64,000 nt of DNA, taken from contig CM082576.2 in assembly GCA_040954595.2 (NCBI GenBank), positions 8,745,129 to 8,809,128 of the forward strand, given 5' to 3'. Shown one piece after another: positions 1-15,400 of this stretch. The stretch's first letter is position 1. Each line of letters begins with the position of its first letter. A model generated the notes under the pieces. The model saw only the letters and a list, made by a program, of their open reading frames with translations, searched no databases and had not been told where the DNA came from. The translations under genes and the position numbers were made by a program. Source of the stretch: Balanoglossus misakiensis (lineage: Eukaryota > Animalia > Hemichordata).

Positions 1-183
1 CTCTGCTTGCCGACGAACTCTTCTATCCTGTCCTCAGCCTCCCTCTGGAAATCATTCTGATATGGTGATACAACTTCTTGGTTCTGGTTGACCTCCATGT
101 GAGCTGGCCTCGGGTGATCATGTTCCATGAAGTTTTCATCCAGAACAACATCTGTGTTGGCAGGTTGGAGGTCGGCAGTGGGG
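1..183 (-). CDS. TTBK2: TTBK coding exon 10 (partial, post-kinase tail: PTADLQPANTDVVLDENF...)
   Basis: Acceptor ttttttgcag; phase 2 matches the previous exon; the frame stays open to the window edge. Confidence 0.8.
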
Positions 184-514
184 CTGCAAAAAATCCAATG
201 ATACAACAAAAATTATGCACATTTTAAAATGAAAGTGGTGTTATCATTTAGTGTAGAAAGCAGCAATTAAGTGGTTGCCATTATAAATGTAGTGAACCAC
301 TTCAAATGCATGTGTCCACGCAAAATGATCTGATGTCTAGGAGAGATTCTACTGCCTGAAAATGGAACCGCAAGTGATACATTGAAGTCCTATGGTGAGT
401 TGCTTGTGTACATGTAGTTGTACAAAACAATGTGACTGACTATAATTTTATGTCATTTTAGTGGCATTCGCATTTTGCACCAAAACTGTGACTGAACGTG
501 ATTTCTTTCCTCAC

Positions 515-657
515 CCAAGCGGTATCTTTGGCGGTGTAGTGGAAGTGCCCGTTGTCGTGGTGAGGGAACCGTCTCCTCCGCACCTCTCCCAGTCGTACGG
601 ATCAGATTCCTTGATGCCTTTCCGGTTCATACAGTGTTCCAGCAGAGATAGCAATTT
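515..657 (-). CDS. TTBK2: TTBK coding exon 9 (KLLSLLEHCMNRKGIKESDPYDWERCGGDGSLTTTT...)
   Basis: Matches the TTBK ESDP(F/Y)DWE..DGSLTTTT motif; AG/GT boundaries. Confidence 0.92.
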
Positions 658-979
658 CTGCAGGACAGAAAATGACAATTATGTTTAAACAGGGGAGCCC
701 ACTGAATGTTGTCACATCAAATTTTAAACAAGAACCAAAACAGAAACAAACAATAGTTTTAGTTGCATGTATGCAGCAAGTAGTGTAATGAGGGCATTGT
801 TTTATTGTTTGTGTAACTGAACAATTAAGTTTGGAATCAACATAAAACATTGCATTTCGGGAAGTCATGCTTCAAAAGTAGCAAATTTATCTGGGTCATA
901 TGGTATCTGTCTTCTAATATACCTAAATACCCCTTCAGATGTGTGGCAAAGTGTTCAAAATTATTAGCTTTGGAAGTTA

Positions 980-1384
<405 letters not shown>

Positions 1385-3206
1385 TTATAATGGATTCTTC
1401 TATATAAATATAAGTCAAGGCCGATATACACAGAAATTGAGGGAACATTGGGACCATGAGGCAGTCTTACAATCAAGCTGCGTGGTCAATTAAACAGTGT
1501 TCCAATAATTCCTCTACATGGGGCAGTTTTAAGTAAAGTCATAAAGGATATGTATGAATGTGTGTGATCCTGGGCATCTGATTTACATCATGTTTTTATA
1601 TCACTCAGTCAGTCAGTATTTGACCTCAACTAATGGAACCGTTTGATTTCTTCTCGTGTTGATTTTTAAACACTGTGCTGGTCTCTGTTATTTCAAACTG
1701 TGAATCCCTCTTTGTTTCCCAGACACCAAAGTCTATTAAAAGACGTCGGAGTGACGTGATACGATGGCCACAGTGGCCCAGATTCCTTCTGGGTATTCAC
1801 CATCTGCTGATCTGACATCAAGCATCACTAAGCCCCCCACATGACTACCGATGGATCATGTCGATGTGACAATGGCTAATACTCTGGCATCGCCGCAGAA
1901 ATCATGAAGTCTGCAGCTTCAGCAGTGCTGTCGTTTTTTTTAATATGAAGCAAATGAAAAAAGGCTGCCTGGCTGACCGAAAGTCGAACCCAACTGTGCA
2001 CACTGCCCCCGTGACACATCAAGCTAATAGATTTTGCAAAAAACAGCTGAGCGGGCAGGTCAAGATGGTCGTAATTACTTCCCCACACTTTCCATTTTCC
2101 CCTTTTCGGCTCAGCTCAACTGTTGAGAAGTCCGGGTCTGCAATTGAACCCGGAGGCCCTGGGGTGAAGCAGAGCGAGGGAAGATTTCTCAATTTCGAAA
2201 AAGCGGTAAAAACCGCACCGTGTAAACACACAGAAACTGAGGGGTCACCGCAGGAATTTCCCCCCATTTAAATTCAGTGACACAGGCAATTTTGTTGAGG
2301 CAACCTCTGACTGCAATAGAGAACGGCCATATGGGGAGAGAGAGACCTGTGTTGTACAATATTGTTCACCCTGTGGAATGCAGGGCTGAAAAAGCTTCTG
2401 AGAGTAATGCCAGGATGTGTGTGCAAATCATGCTGGTCTATCAGAGACCATAAATTTGAAATAAAAAAACGTGATGGTGTGTGGTAGTTTCAGTTCCATA
2501 TTTTCAGGAAGATGGAACTACTGGGGGCAGTGTAGGATTTGATGCAGGCATAGCCAAATAAATTTAGAACCAAAGCCGAACTGTGATAGAATCACTGATA
2601 CTACCAAAACAATGGAAATGCCCAACAACGACGATTTCATCAAAGATGGAGGAATGCTGAGTCATCATTTTTTCTCATGCCACCAATATTTAAATTGAGA
2701 TAAACACTGATTTTAAATTGTGATTTGAGGTAACTTTCATACTTTCTGGATTTACAGTGCCATGAAGAAGCAGTTATAGGCACTTCTCTCGCTCACTGAA
2801 GGCCCATATTTGAGATCTAATTGTGGAATATCGAGATCATCTTCTTTGAGCTCGAACATTCCTCGCCAAGCCTCCATTCTGCTGATCCGGGGTCTACTGG
2901 GAAATGTCATTCCAACTCTTTGACAAGGAATGCCTGACATTTCTTGTATTTCTCGGCGATCAAGTATATGTCAACTATCAATCTGAATTGTGTTATGCTG
3001 AAATGCTTGGGGTTGATGTCTGAAACCAGCACGCCCGAATACAATTCCCTACTTGCGGTAATTTTATCGGAAACTTGATGTTGTCATTCCCCCTGTGACA
3101 CCCTGTGTAAATAATTATGTTGCGTGTTGAAGGGAATCACATGCTGGCCAGCTTGTGCCCATAAAACATGCGTTGTAACTGTCCACGTCGGTTAATAATT
3201 CGTCTA

Positions 3207-3350
<144 letters not shown>

Positions 3351-6067
3351 TCACATGTCGCAATGTCACACATTGGTGGGGTTGCACTGAAAAATGGGAC
3401 ACACAGACACCAATGCAAATGGAAAGAGTTAGTCAGTCACACACCTTCTGGTGTGTCATTTCACGGCCACTTTTGGTGAATAATCATGAAATCACACACT
3501 TTCTCGTGTGCTACATGTATTTTATTTTAAAGGTGACTTTTGGTGAATCACCATGAATAACTGGATGGTGCTAATAAGTAAAGGTGCAAGTACACAAAAA
3601 GTCAAGGTCTGTTTAGGAACGGCACAGTCTTGTTGATATCATTTTTCTAAACTTGGCGAAGTTGCGGTATATTTCAATACAATTCCTATCTTCTGGCATG
3701 TGCTGCACATTTGTATTCTATCTGGGCAGGAATTTGAAATTCAGTCTTGTTTATCTGCACTGCACTATTGATGGGGTCAGTTTTAGATGGTTGAAATACT
3801 TTGGAAAATTCAAAATAACTAGTTTCTCTTCCCATCACAGCTGAAAGTATTCACATAGTAAGAGACGCACCCATCCATCTTTAGTTGTAGGAGGCGAACA
3901 CACATTACATGAATTCTCCTTGAGAAATATTGGGAACCAACAGAAATCTGTCAACTGTTAATGATACACACCCCTCTATTACAGACCAAAGACCCTGAAT
4001 TTCAATTATACTTGGTTCATACGCATTAAATTGTAAAAAAAATGATCAACCAGAGGAAAAGTAGACATTACCATGACTGAAGGTGAACATCAAACTAGGT
4101 CAATATGCAAATTAGGTCAATGTGCCAATGAGGATCAACATGCAAATTTTTGGAGAAAGCAGAACCTAGGTATTTCAAATTTGAAACACAGTCTGGGCTG
4201 ACGAAAACGATTAATTTGTTGACTTTGAGTGAAACGATAAACCATTTCTCTCTCTTGCTTTTCAAAATTCCAAACCAAGATGTGCTGTTTGCCATCCAAG
4301 TAAAATACCACGCAGTGTGAAATAAAAGTCATCTATCTCACGTAATATTACTGGCATTCCAGAAATTCAACCCTGATTTTTTTTTTATCAGAACGTTCAC
4401 GTAGTTATAATTTCCGTCGCTTGCAAAACAGGATTTCTACACCGCCTCATATTGCCAAGGTTACCTACATTCACGGGGACATGTTTAAGATGTACAAACA
4501 ATGATCATGAGAGCTCTACACGAAGATCCAATGTCGTATCTTGTTCGCGCCGTAACAAATTTATACGCTCCAAATAATTGGCAAACGACACTGGATGACG
4601 CGTTTCATCCTGTGATGTAGCAATTGTCAGGGGTGAATAAACTCAGTGAAGGTCTGTTGTGAAGAGATTCTGTAAAAACTGCCAAGCACGGGGAACCCAT
4701 AACTCATTTATGCTATTTGAATTTGTTTGTTTTCAAATTTTTGACTGACATAGGCATCTTGACCCAAACATGCCATCAGTGCTAATCTTCATGAGCATCA
4801 TCAGGGTGTTAATTTTCATTAACCACAACCACAACCTCACCTTGACACGTGTCACAAAAAATAAACACATTTTTCCCCCTTCAGGCCAAGTTCTAAAATG
4901 CTTTCTTATTTCTGTAACCTATCCCTGAGTTTCTGAACTTATTTGAGGGCCACATTTCTGTTTGACAACATCAGGTCAGAAAAATGTTGACTCACACTAC
5001 AGGGCTACTTTTTCAACCAAGTCATTTCTACCACGGGATCAACAGACAGCCTTGTTCATGCCTTCCTATCTGCTATTGTGCACATCACATATTTTCATGA
5101 CAAGTAACTTCATGAACACAGGCACATGCGGATGTGTGGCAAAAACTGATTACCGACACCCCAAGTCCAAGGACTGATGAACTTGCACAATCAGATGACA
5201 GCTACCCCCGGGCAGAGGGAGATATTACCACCATTTAAGTATCATTCACTCCCTGACAACAACGCATCAAGTTATCAACAGTGTCTACACTTTCATCAAT
5301 CAGCTCATGCCTTCCAAGGCATTCCTGTCCGGTCTCCGGAGACAGACTGGATGATTCTGGCACTATCTATGCCGCAAGCTGACACTCCATTCATCTGCAA
5401 AAACTGCAGAAATTCACCACCCACAATACTTTAATCCGCCCGTTTCACAGATGAACAGTGAAATGAAGACCTCCGAGTGGGCACCAAAGCTCCATTGCAT
5501 GTCATTTCACCACTTTTTGTACAACCCGCAGTTTCTTGTGCGCCACCCTAAAGCCCAATGAAATGCCAAGTGTTCTGCTTGTCAACATATCTCATAAAAT
5601 CTTTAAAAACAACAACATTTAATTAAACCAACAGTTTAATACAAGTTCTGGAGATGTAAGTTGTAACTTCCATGCGGACATGACAAAATCTATATACAGA
5701 GTTTTCAGGAATCCAAGAGTTATTACTTGACATAATGGCCCATGATTTACGGCTATTTTGACATCATACACAGACCATCAAATCCCTTACAACAGTAATA
5801 TACCCGTAAAACTGGCCAACCTCTACTTATCAGATTTCTATAAAACACACAGCGAGAAATGCAAAAGTCAACATGGTCCAGGAGATGACTCAATCTCCTG
5901 ATTTTTATCTGCATGTGACGTCGATGTAGTCGACACATGAAAGAATATGAAATGAAACAGTCATAAACCACAAGTTTCTAGCTAGATGTATTACCATCAA
6001 GAGACCACGGGTGATTGGGCAGACATTCCTGGAAGTGTGGTGCAGCTCCAGCTCTGTCAGCCAATCA

Positions 6068-6238
<171 letters not shown>

Positions 6239-8046
6239 TCAGTTTCAGTGTCAAAGGACCTAAACTTTCACCGCAGCACTGGCAATATCATTAGACGAAT
6301 TCTGCGAAGGTGACAACCTGTGGGATAATGATTGCCATGGTTACAGGACAATCAGTGAACAAGACCACAGTTGCATGGCAACAGAGGATGCTTGTGTTTG
6401 TCAAGTTAAAACTACAACAAATTGTGTCAGTTTTACCTCCTTAGTTAGCAGTACTGTATATACAGGCACATTTTACGACTTTAATTGCCATGCTAAATTT
6501 ACTCACAATTTGAAAAATAATCAAAAACACAGCCCTACCCCTCACAATTTATCTTTTTGGCATGATATTCACAATATAAATTATAATTCAGTTAAAATTA
6601 ACTTGAATTGTGAGCAGAGTCAGGATATTACGACATCAAAATTTACGACCACAAAATTATTTTCTCAAGGATGGCTGACCAGACCGTGGGCTATCACACA
6701 CTTCATTTCCTTAGTTATGTTGTTATTAAGAATTTCATACTCATAGACATCACAACACTTATACGGCCTCCCACGGGATTAGAAAGTGACAAATCTCAGT
6801 TATTATGCTACATTATTGATGATATAATGTAAAATTATTAGCGTGTTTAATATAATTTCACAATCATCATAGTATTTTTCCAGCATGAGATTTAAATTGA
6901 ACCACCCACATAAACTTCTTTCATCATGTGAATTAAACATCTTTGTAAATTTTCCTGATATTTTCTAGCCCATTGGTCTAAAAAATCTTCATCTTCGCAA
7001 TCTTAAAACATATGCGCAGAAACAAATTCTTGAGAGCAAGAAATATAACTGCGGGCTGAATTTTTTCTAATGATTTTTTCAACATACCACAGTTAATACG
7101 AGCGTGAAAAGCATTTTCTTAAAGTGTTGACAGTGCTACACATTGCATGGTGACCCCATACATGTATACCATAGATTACATTTTTCTGAATACACTTTGA
7201 CATTTTTGTCAGAAACAGGTTCGCCACTGAGCGGGGTGACGGTCAAACTGGCTAAGTGGAAAAATCAACGAAACACCACAAAAAACAATCAAATACATGT
7301 ATTGAAAATCTTGATCTTGTAAATGGATTAGTTTGCGACGTGAAAAGATTTTTTGCTAAATCTAGAAATACTGCTTGAGCATTTTATTGAATTGGCCTTC
7401 TTTGTAGGTGAACATTTGGCAAGGACATACAGATCTGTCTGGTCACATAAAACATCAAATTATCCAGACAGTAGTATGAGAACACCGACAAATTTGGTGA
7501 TGTAATTCAACTCAATCCTAAACACATAATACATACATACCAATGCTATCAATTACCAAGACATTTAAAAAAAAAATGTTTTTTATCATTCTTGTTGCTA
7601 CAGTGTTAATCAGGGTCTGGCCACCAGTCATGTGACTTCTTTGTTGGAGAACAGTAGATCAATGAGGAACCGAAACAAACACTGAACTGTCAAGTTATAT
7701 TTAGAGAAATTTCTACATATTATTTTTTATTTTATTTATAGAGTTGCCACTTTGGGATTTTGCGGCTTGCAGAGTACAAAGACGAACTGTTAGTAAAAAT
7801 AGACAGTCCACAGCAGTTCAGCCTGAAATTGTATTTTCTAAATTTACCGGTAGGTGAACATACGTTCAATGGCTCTCACAAAACAACACCTGGCACTGTG
7901 ATATTGCTTATAATAGTAGCAATGAAGATGATCATCTAACTTGGAAGATTCAAAATTTCATTCAAAATCATCATTACCCACACGATTGATACCGAACAGA
8001 ATATTTGAATAAATTTCAAAATCTCTGCAACAGTGGTGTTGGGTCA

Positions 8047-8274
<228 letters not shown>

Positions 8275-8766
8275 TCATGAATAGATGTCAAACCAGCTCC
8301 ATAAAAATATAAACAGATAATGTACACCGATATCTGCATTTCCAAATTGAGAATGTAACAAGAGATGACAATAGCGGGTGTAAGCATTACACTTTCATTT
8401 TTATGCAACTCTTACTGGATGACTTCCAGACATTGTTCCAGAATTTTCATTGACAACAGACGAACGAGAGAAGTCTGACTTTTAAGATAAAGACATCAGT
8501 CTCCATGGTGACGGCAGTCTCGCTTTCACAGTGCCATTGGCAGATCGCAAACATGCCAAGGATATCATTATCTAACAAAAGATGGAACTGTTCCCTTATG
8601 AGGCACATCAATCCATCATGAGCCACACATATACTTATTGTGTGCGTAATACTATCAAACAAGACAAGATCACTTATCCACGATGAAACCAAGCAGCGTA
8701 TCAGTTTCATAATTCATGCGCACGTGGCAACTATAACTGACATCAGTCTATTAGCTCTGTTTATCA

Positions 8767-9090
<324 letters not shown>

Positions 9091-11094
9091 TCACCATGCA
9101 GCATTATAATAATAATGAAGGAGATTAATTAAACAAAGGTTGGGATCATAATGATTCTTTCACTACAAAACTCAAACACATGTTGCACAGGTCTCTCTTT
9201 TTGTTGTCAACATTGTGCAGCAACAGAAATTATCATGTACATTTATCCAATGCATGTACGTACACGATTATAAAACATGACATCAATGATTAAATCCTTT
9301 GAAACACTGGACTTTGTTTTATATAGTGAATGTGGGATTAAATGCAAGGAAATTTACAGGAGTAGGTATAATTTCTGTTCAAAAAAGTACAATTATTTTT
9401 TTCGGAAAAAAAAATTACCAAACGTTCAGAATATGGGCATCACACAGACATGTTAACAGTATACTGCGAGTATATCAATCACAGACACTCCAAAGAACTC
9501 CAGACAAGAAATTCCCAAATAGCAAAACTATCATTCTCCATCAGATTTCACACAACACCGTTTAAAATACTTGGCAACTGTCACTACCCGCGGCAAACCA
9601 TGCGCACTGCTGTTCAAACATCGCTGCGCGAAACAACACACCGATAAGAATACGCTGATAATTTTGTTTTGAAACCTGATCTGGACTAAAGTGACATTTG
9701 ACATATCCTTTCGCAGCATGCTCTGCTGCAGGCACAAGGTCATCAGTCCAGAGCAGAAGGCAAAGAGATCTTTACGTGACATCATGCACTTCACAATCTC
9801 AACAAAATAGATTTGACCTCCACAGACTCCCATAATATTTTAACACCGGTTGTTTTAATTCCTCCGTCCTTGATTTCAGTATAGACTGCGCAAAAAAAAA
9901 CTATCCCCACAACTTTCACGACTCTGGTTTGTTTTAAATAGTGCAGAGGTTGAGCGAGAGAGATTTGCACATTTCTCGAAGTCCCAAGGCTGCCATTAAT
10001 GTGGCAATGGATGAGATTAATTTTTTTGCAGTGGTGGATTTTTGACTGACGTTGTATCGTGTGGACACGACAGCACAGCTGTATAGTTCCGTTCTTCCGG
10101 AATGAACTTCTGTCAACAAGGGTATAATCAAAGTGCTTTTAGTAGAATCCAGTGATATTTTCTCAAACAGTTAAAATAAAACATGTCACATGTGGTCAAG
10201 CGATGTAGCCTAAACTGAAATTAAATGCATATATTGCGTCTTTTCTGGATTAAGATTCCCGATGCTGCTAGAATCCACGAAATTGCAAAACGCGTCAGGA
10301 TTCTGTCTAAAGTTCAAATCACACAACGATTCAAAACTCTCAGTGCGTTCAAATCCACCTCAGCTTCACAGATGACAACAACATCAAAGCATGACACACC
10401 ACAGCCATGAGCCGGCTATAAATATCCCCCCAGCGGACTACTGTGCAACGAACGAAGTAGGACGCTAAAACTTGAACTGCCCCCCACAAACGTTGCCAGA
10501 ATGACTTGATTAGGGCAGATGAGGTTCATGAATGACACTGAAATTTATACACTTTTAATGGGCATGCTCAATTTATAATTGACAGGAAGCGGTCACAGTG
10601 AGGTGGCCTCTTCATGACCACAGGGCCAACCGAGTCAACTACAATCCCAGACGGGCCGGAAGTCAGTTTCTTTGTCGCGAAAAACTTTGTGACCGTCCCT
10701 TGATCAGTCGCCTGTCGCCGACAAGACTCGGGGACAAAAGTCAGAACGTCTCTTACGTGACCTACACACATATCCCTTGGTTTCTCACGAACGTTTGCCA
10801 TTTCGATCTATGCCAATAAAGCTTATCCAAGGTCTACACATGCGACTAGCAGTCATTTAAAACGACATGTAATGATGTATACTGTGACAACTTTTCCATC
10901 TTGGGGATGATATCAAACGACCTGATGACTTTGACAAGAGGTGGCGGTGGGGATAGGGGGGGAACATTTTACGCATAAATTGCGTCTCTGAGATAATGAA
11001 GTAATGGTTCATTACAAAAGACAGCAGGATAAAAATTCGAAAACACGAGGAGACAAGGACTGTCAGTTGACGTAATATTACATGCATTGGGTCA

Positions 11095-11316
<222 letters not shown>

Positions 11317-11644
11317 TTATGACTTGGAAAACAGACTGCAGACCAAAGCGGCAGAATAAGACACCCTGTCTCCAAGCACACTTTGGCCTGACCCCAGTAC
11401 TGTTTTCATTGGTGTGGTCGCATCTATATTTAGTAAAACAGGGGTGAAAGGGTTATTCTTGTTTATTTTGAAGTCTGTTATTTATGATGAGATAACAGAG
11501 AATGGCGGTGACATAAGAGTAAGGATAAGGCTGCATCACTCTACGACCTTCAGGGGACTGGCAATCAAACTTTTAAGTACACAAGAACTTCTACTAAGAA
11601 GATACATGAACATGTATGATTAAAAAACAAAATGTAACACTTAC

Positions 11645-11672
11645 CAAAACCTCCACCGCCAATCTTGCCCAC
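11645..11672 (-). CDS. TTBK2: TTBK coding micro-exon 2 (VGKIGGGGFG, glycine-rich loop)
   Basis: 28 nt between aag and gtaagt; required to complete the ATP-binding loop. Confidence 0.92.
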
Positions 11673-12406
11673 CTTGTAAAATTATACCAGGAAAAGAAAA
11701 GAAAACCAAAATTCAGTGGGTTGTGTTTCACTTGGTACAGAACTGTGGGCTGGACTACCAGCTGTGTTTTGTCTGTGTAGGCTTTTATCTATAAATGGGT
11801 ACCGGGCAAACTGGCCTGTCGGAAAAACTGACGATAATTTGCCAGACATTTCACATGCAGTATCTCGCATAAATATCTGTCTGTCTGTCTGTCTGTTCTC
11901 TCTCTTGTGATGTAATACATGCTAGGTCCAATACTAAGTTTAACTTTTCTATTAATACATACACTTACAAGTACTGTGCATGTCAAACAACAAGATGGAA
12001 ACAACCATGTCTTCTTTGTTTTTGTCCTATTCATGTCATATTTTCTTGTGAGTAAAATATTGCTTTATGAATATGACTCTCCAATCATCTCATGTCCATC
12101 TCTGGTCATAAGGGACGCATTAATTTACACACAGTGACAGCAGCTGCCCAGTGAAATTTATCTCCTGCTCGTTGAAAATGTATCTGCCCGGAGACGATCG
12201 CCGTAGTGACATCAATTACATAAATCTATCCCCTGTACATGCAGGCTTTCGACGTAAACAGTGTGCATGCCTGAAGTCAAGATCAGCTGCTTCTTTTAAG
12301 AGAATATGTGTGTACGTAAAGGACGGGGTCTTCACAGGCTGCCACGGGAACGAGGACGTGACAAGAGTAGGGGGGAGAAAAGAGGGGAGGGGGAAGAGAT
12401 CCTTAC

Positions 12407-12463
12407 CGTTTTCCATCTCTCCTTGACCAGTGCACCGGGTTGGAGCAAATCACTGTCAGTCAT
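12407..12463 (-). CDS. TTBK2: TTBK first coding exon (MTDSDLLQPGALVKERWKT); exon extends as 5' UTR to the acceptor at 12566
   Basis: Matches the TTBK N-terminal D(I/L)L..G.LVKERWK motif; donor gtaagg; in-frame upstream TAG. Confidence 0.9.
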
Positions 12464-15400
12464 ATCTAACTACCTACGAATCAGGCCTATTCTATCCAAC
12501 ACAATTACGTCGTCTTCTTCTTTTCGCTGCTGCTGTTGTTGCAACCATGGAGAGCTCATGCTCATCCTGTAAACATTTGCAAGAAAAGAAAAAAAAAACA
12601 ACGATGAAATCAAGCTTCCCGGTAAGATCCAGCAAAGTAATGTATTTATATAACTGAATTCCAATAACCTTGTGGATTATACGCGCGTGTCGATTGTACA
12701 AAATATATACGCCATCCGGCTGTGACAGGACACGGCGTTGAAAGTGACGGCATAGTTTTGGAATTATTCCAAGGCTTGATCCATCCAGCCACATTGCTTC
12801 TATGATGCTGTAAAGGGATACAAGAAATGCCATTGAGATTTGCAACCTATTGAGTTCAACTTTTCCATAAATAAAATAACTCTCCCCCCCCCCCTTTGCA
12901 AAACTATCTCCATCGGTCACCCTAAACGTCACACTGGTTGCCATGGCAACACAGAGTGCTCTACTCCTTGAACCCTGACACTCGCAGTGATCTCCATTAC
13001 GCAGTCCTGAAAAATAAAAACATTGCCTCGCTCAACCTGAAGCCGTCAAGGCTCAGTTTTCGCGATGAGACGTCATTTTTCTTCCCGCTATTCTGCAGGG
13101 CAAGCTGTAACGCCATGTCAAACGGTAATTGGGAAATGCCAACATTACCGTGCAGCTGGGGGGCAGAGGCGGGACAGTGTTGAACTTGCCTGCACGTGAA
13201 CTGGTTAATAACTGCCAAACCCAATCATAACAGACACAAATCACACTGAGAGGTATTCCGCCAGAAATGGAATCACGCAAGGACACGAGAAGAAGCACAC
13301 AGCGTGGATCTCGCGGATCTTGTTTCCCTATTTCCAGTCCGATCACGGTCATGCTGAAACTTACCGAAACTTCTCAAATCTACACCGCACGACCTACACG
13401 TACTAAGAACACTGCCTGTCATAGTAGAACATGGACTGCCGTCTTTGCAAGTAAAATCATCCATGAGTAAGCGAGAGAGACAGAGAGAGAGAGGTCCGGC
13501 TCGGCTCTGCTCCTCTGATAGCGCCGGAAAACAAACTGAAACCTCCGTTGGATGTCGGCCCACAGTCAAGAAGTCATCCAAGATGTCATCCCCCTTACGG
13601 CTCTCATCTGAATCACTTCCTGTGTAAACTGTTGACCTTTACAACAAATCACTCAACAGCGAGTCGGGCACGCGCGCGTGGCTCCTGCAAGTTTTTTCCC
13701 TCCTACATCATCAGAGGCATCCAAGCAGTCATGGCCATGTGTCACTCGGTGCGGGCCGACATAAAAGGGGGGAATATTACAGTAAATGCCGACTGGAAGT
13801 CTCGGTCCTTGTACTCCTTTGCATCATCTGCCGCAGCTGTTAGAAATGTCTTGAGTACGTGTAAAAAACACACTGTGACTTCCCGAGTGGCCACTCAGGT
13901 TTCCAAGGAAATATAGAAATGACAAACAATCAGTCATATTTTTAGATGAAGGTGAAAGGGATAGTGACTGTAATGTTTGATGACTACTTCAGTATTTGGT
14001 TTTCAGCTTGCCAACAAAGCATGTGTACGTGTAATGTGCAATGTTATTGTTGTGAGGCCAGACTACTAATATTGCCAAAAGTCACAGCTACATGTACAGT
14101 CCCTTGAAGTTACTGAAGTACAACTACATGTAGTACATGTAATGACCACTTCTTCTGAGTAACTCAGAAATATTATATCAGACATAACCTTGAGACACAA
14201 GCCATTCGACCATTCCTATAAATGCCACTAAATGTACAGTTTGATTGAAACAGTACAGGAAATCACTCTGTAGCAGAGTCATGTCCGGAGCAGTATCTGC
14301 ATCAACCAGACGTGGTTTTAGCGACTTTGACAGCACCACTGGATAATGAACAGTCAGGGCCCATCACTTTTATCACACACACACAGTCACACACACTTGA
14401 CAGGGACTGTGAAATGCAGATGGTGATAAAAACATGGCAGAGATGAATCAGGGCCAGAGGGTACAATTAGATCTCAGGAAACATTACAAATACTGGACTG
14501 GACTGATACATTTGTAAAGCAAACGTGAAACCCCTAGCCAGTCAGAGACAGACAGGAAACTTGCACATGTAGGAGTGGAATTCAATTACATCATCGCTTT
14601 CACATCAATTCTGACTGCTGTTTTTCGTATTTCGACCAAGCCTCCACGACTGTTACTGATGTCAAGGAACAATTGAACTCTGGAGGTTATGTGTGTATCA
14701 CTGCCAACAGCCCCCCCCCCCCCCATAAAAAAATTGGTAGAATGCAACACCCCTCACTGAACTCTCCCTTCACTGGTGCAACCACATCACTGAAAATAAA
14801 TACCCAGATCTGCACTCACTGGCTGAGGTGAAAGGTCACACATGGGAGAATGGATGCAAAAATTCACGTACAGTTAGATAGAACAACCAGACTATCAAGC
14901 CACATACCCTTCGAGTACACACCATACATCGTTGGAGTCTCAACATGACTCACTGTAGCTCCCTCGTTAACTTATCTGACCCATCGAATGATCATGATCA
15001 AGATTGTCACAGCTCTGCTCTGCTGTGTTCAAGGTTATTTTTGGACATCACAGATGTCCAGCATTACACTATAGATACATCACATTTCCCAGCAGGACAC
15101 ACAATACACACAGTACATAATTACCTTGCAGACGCTTACACGTACATCATGTATGAATTTAAAACCACAACTAATATTACCCCAGGTCCACGCAAAAATT
15201 GTAGACATATTTGGACTGTCTGAACACGTTTGTATTTCTAAACTTAACTGATTCTCCCGCCAAAGTAATACAAGGTGTGCTTTCATCTGACTTAATTTGA
15301 TTGTACAGAATGTGGTGGCAAAAATGCTGCAATGGTGTTAACACTTTCGTGCCACAGTTTACTAGACTAAGTATTTTTAAATTTCATGGATGGATGCACG

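Noticed and set aside
10410-10556. TATA box followed by a T-run, as a possible Pol III small RNA gene
   Set aside because: No PSE or recognisable snRNA sequence, and the Staf-like motif is on the wrong side.
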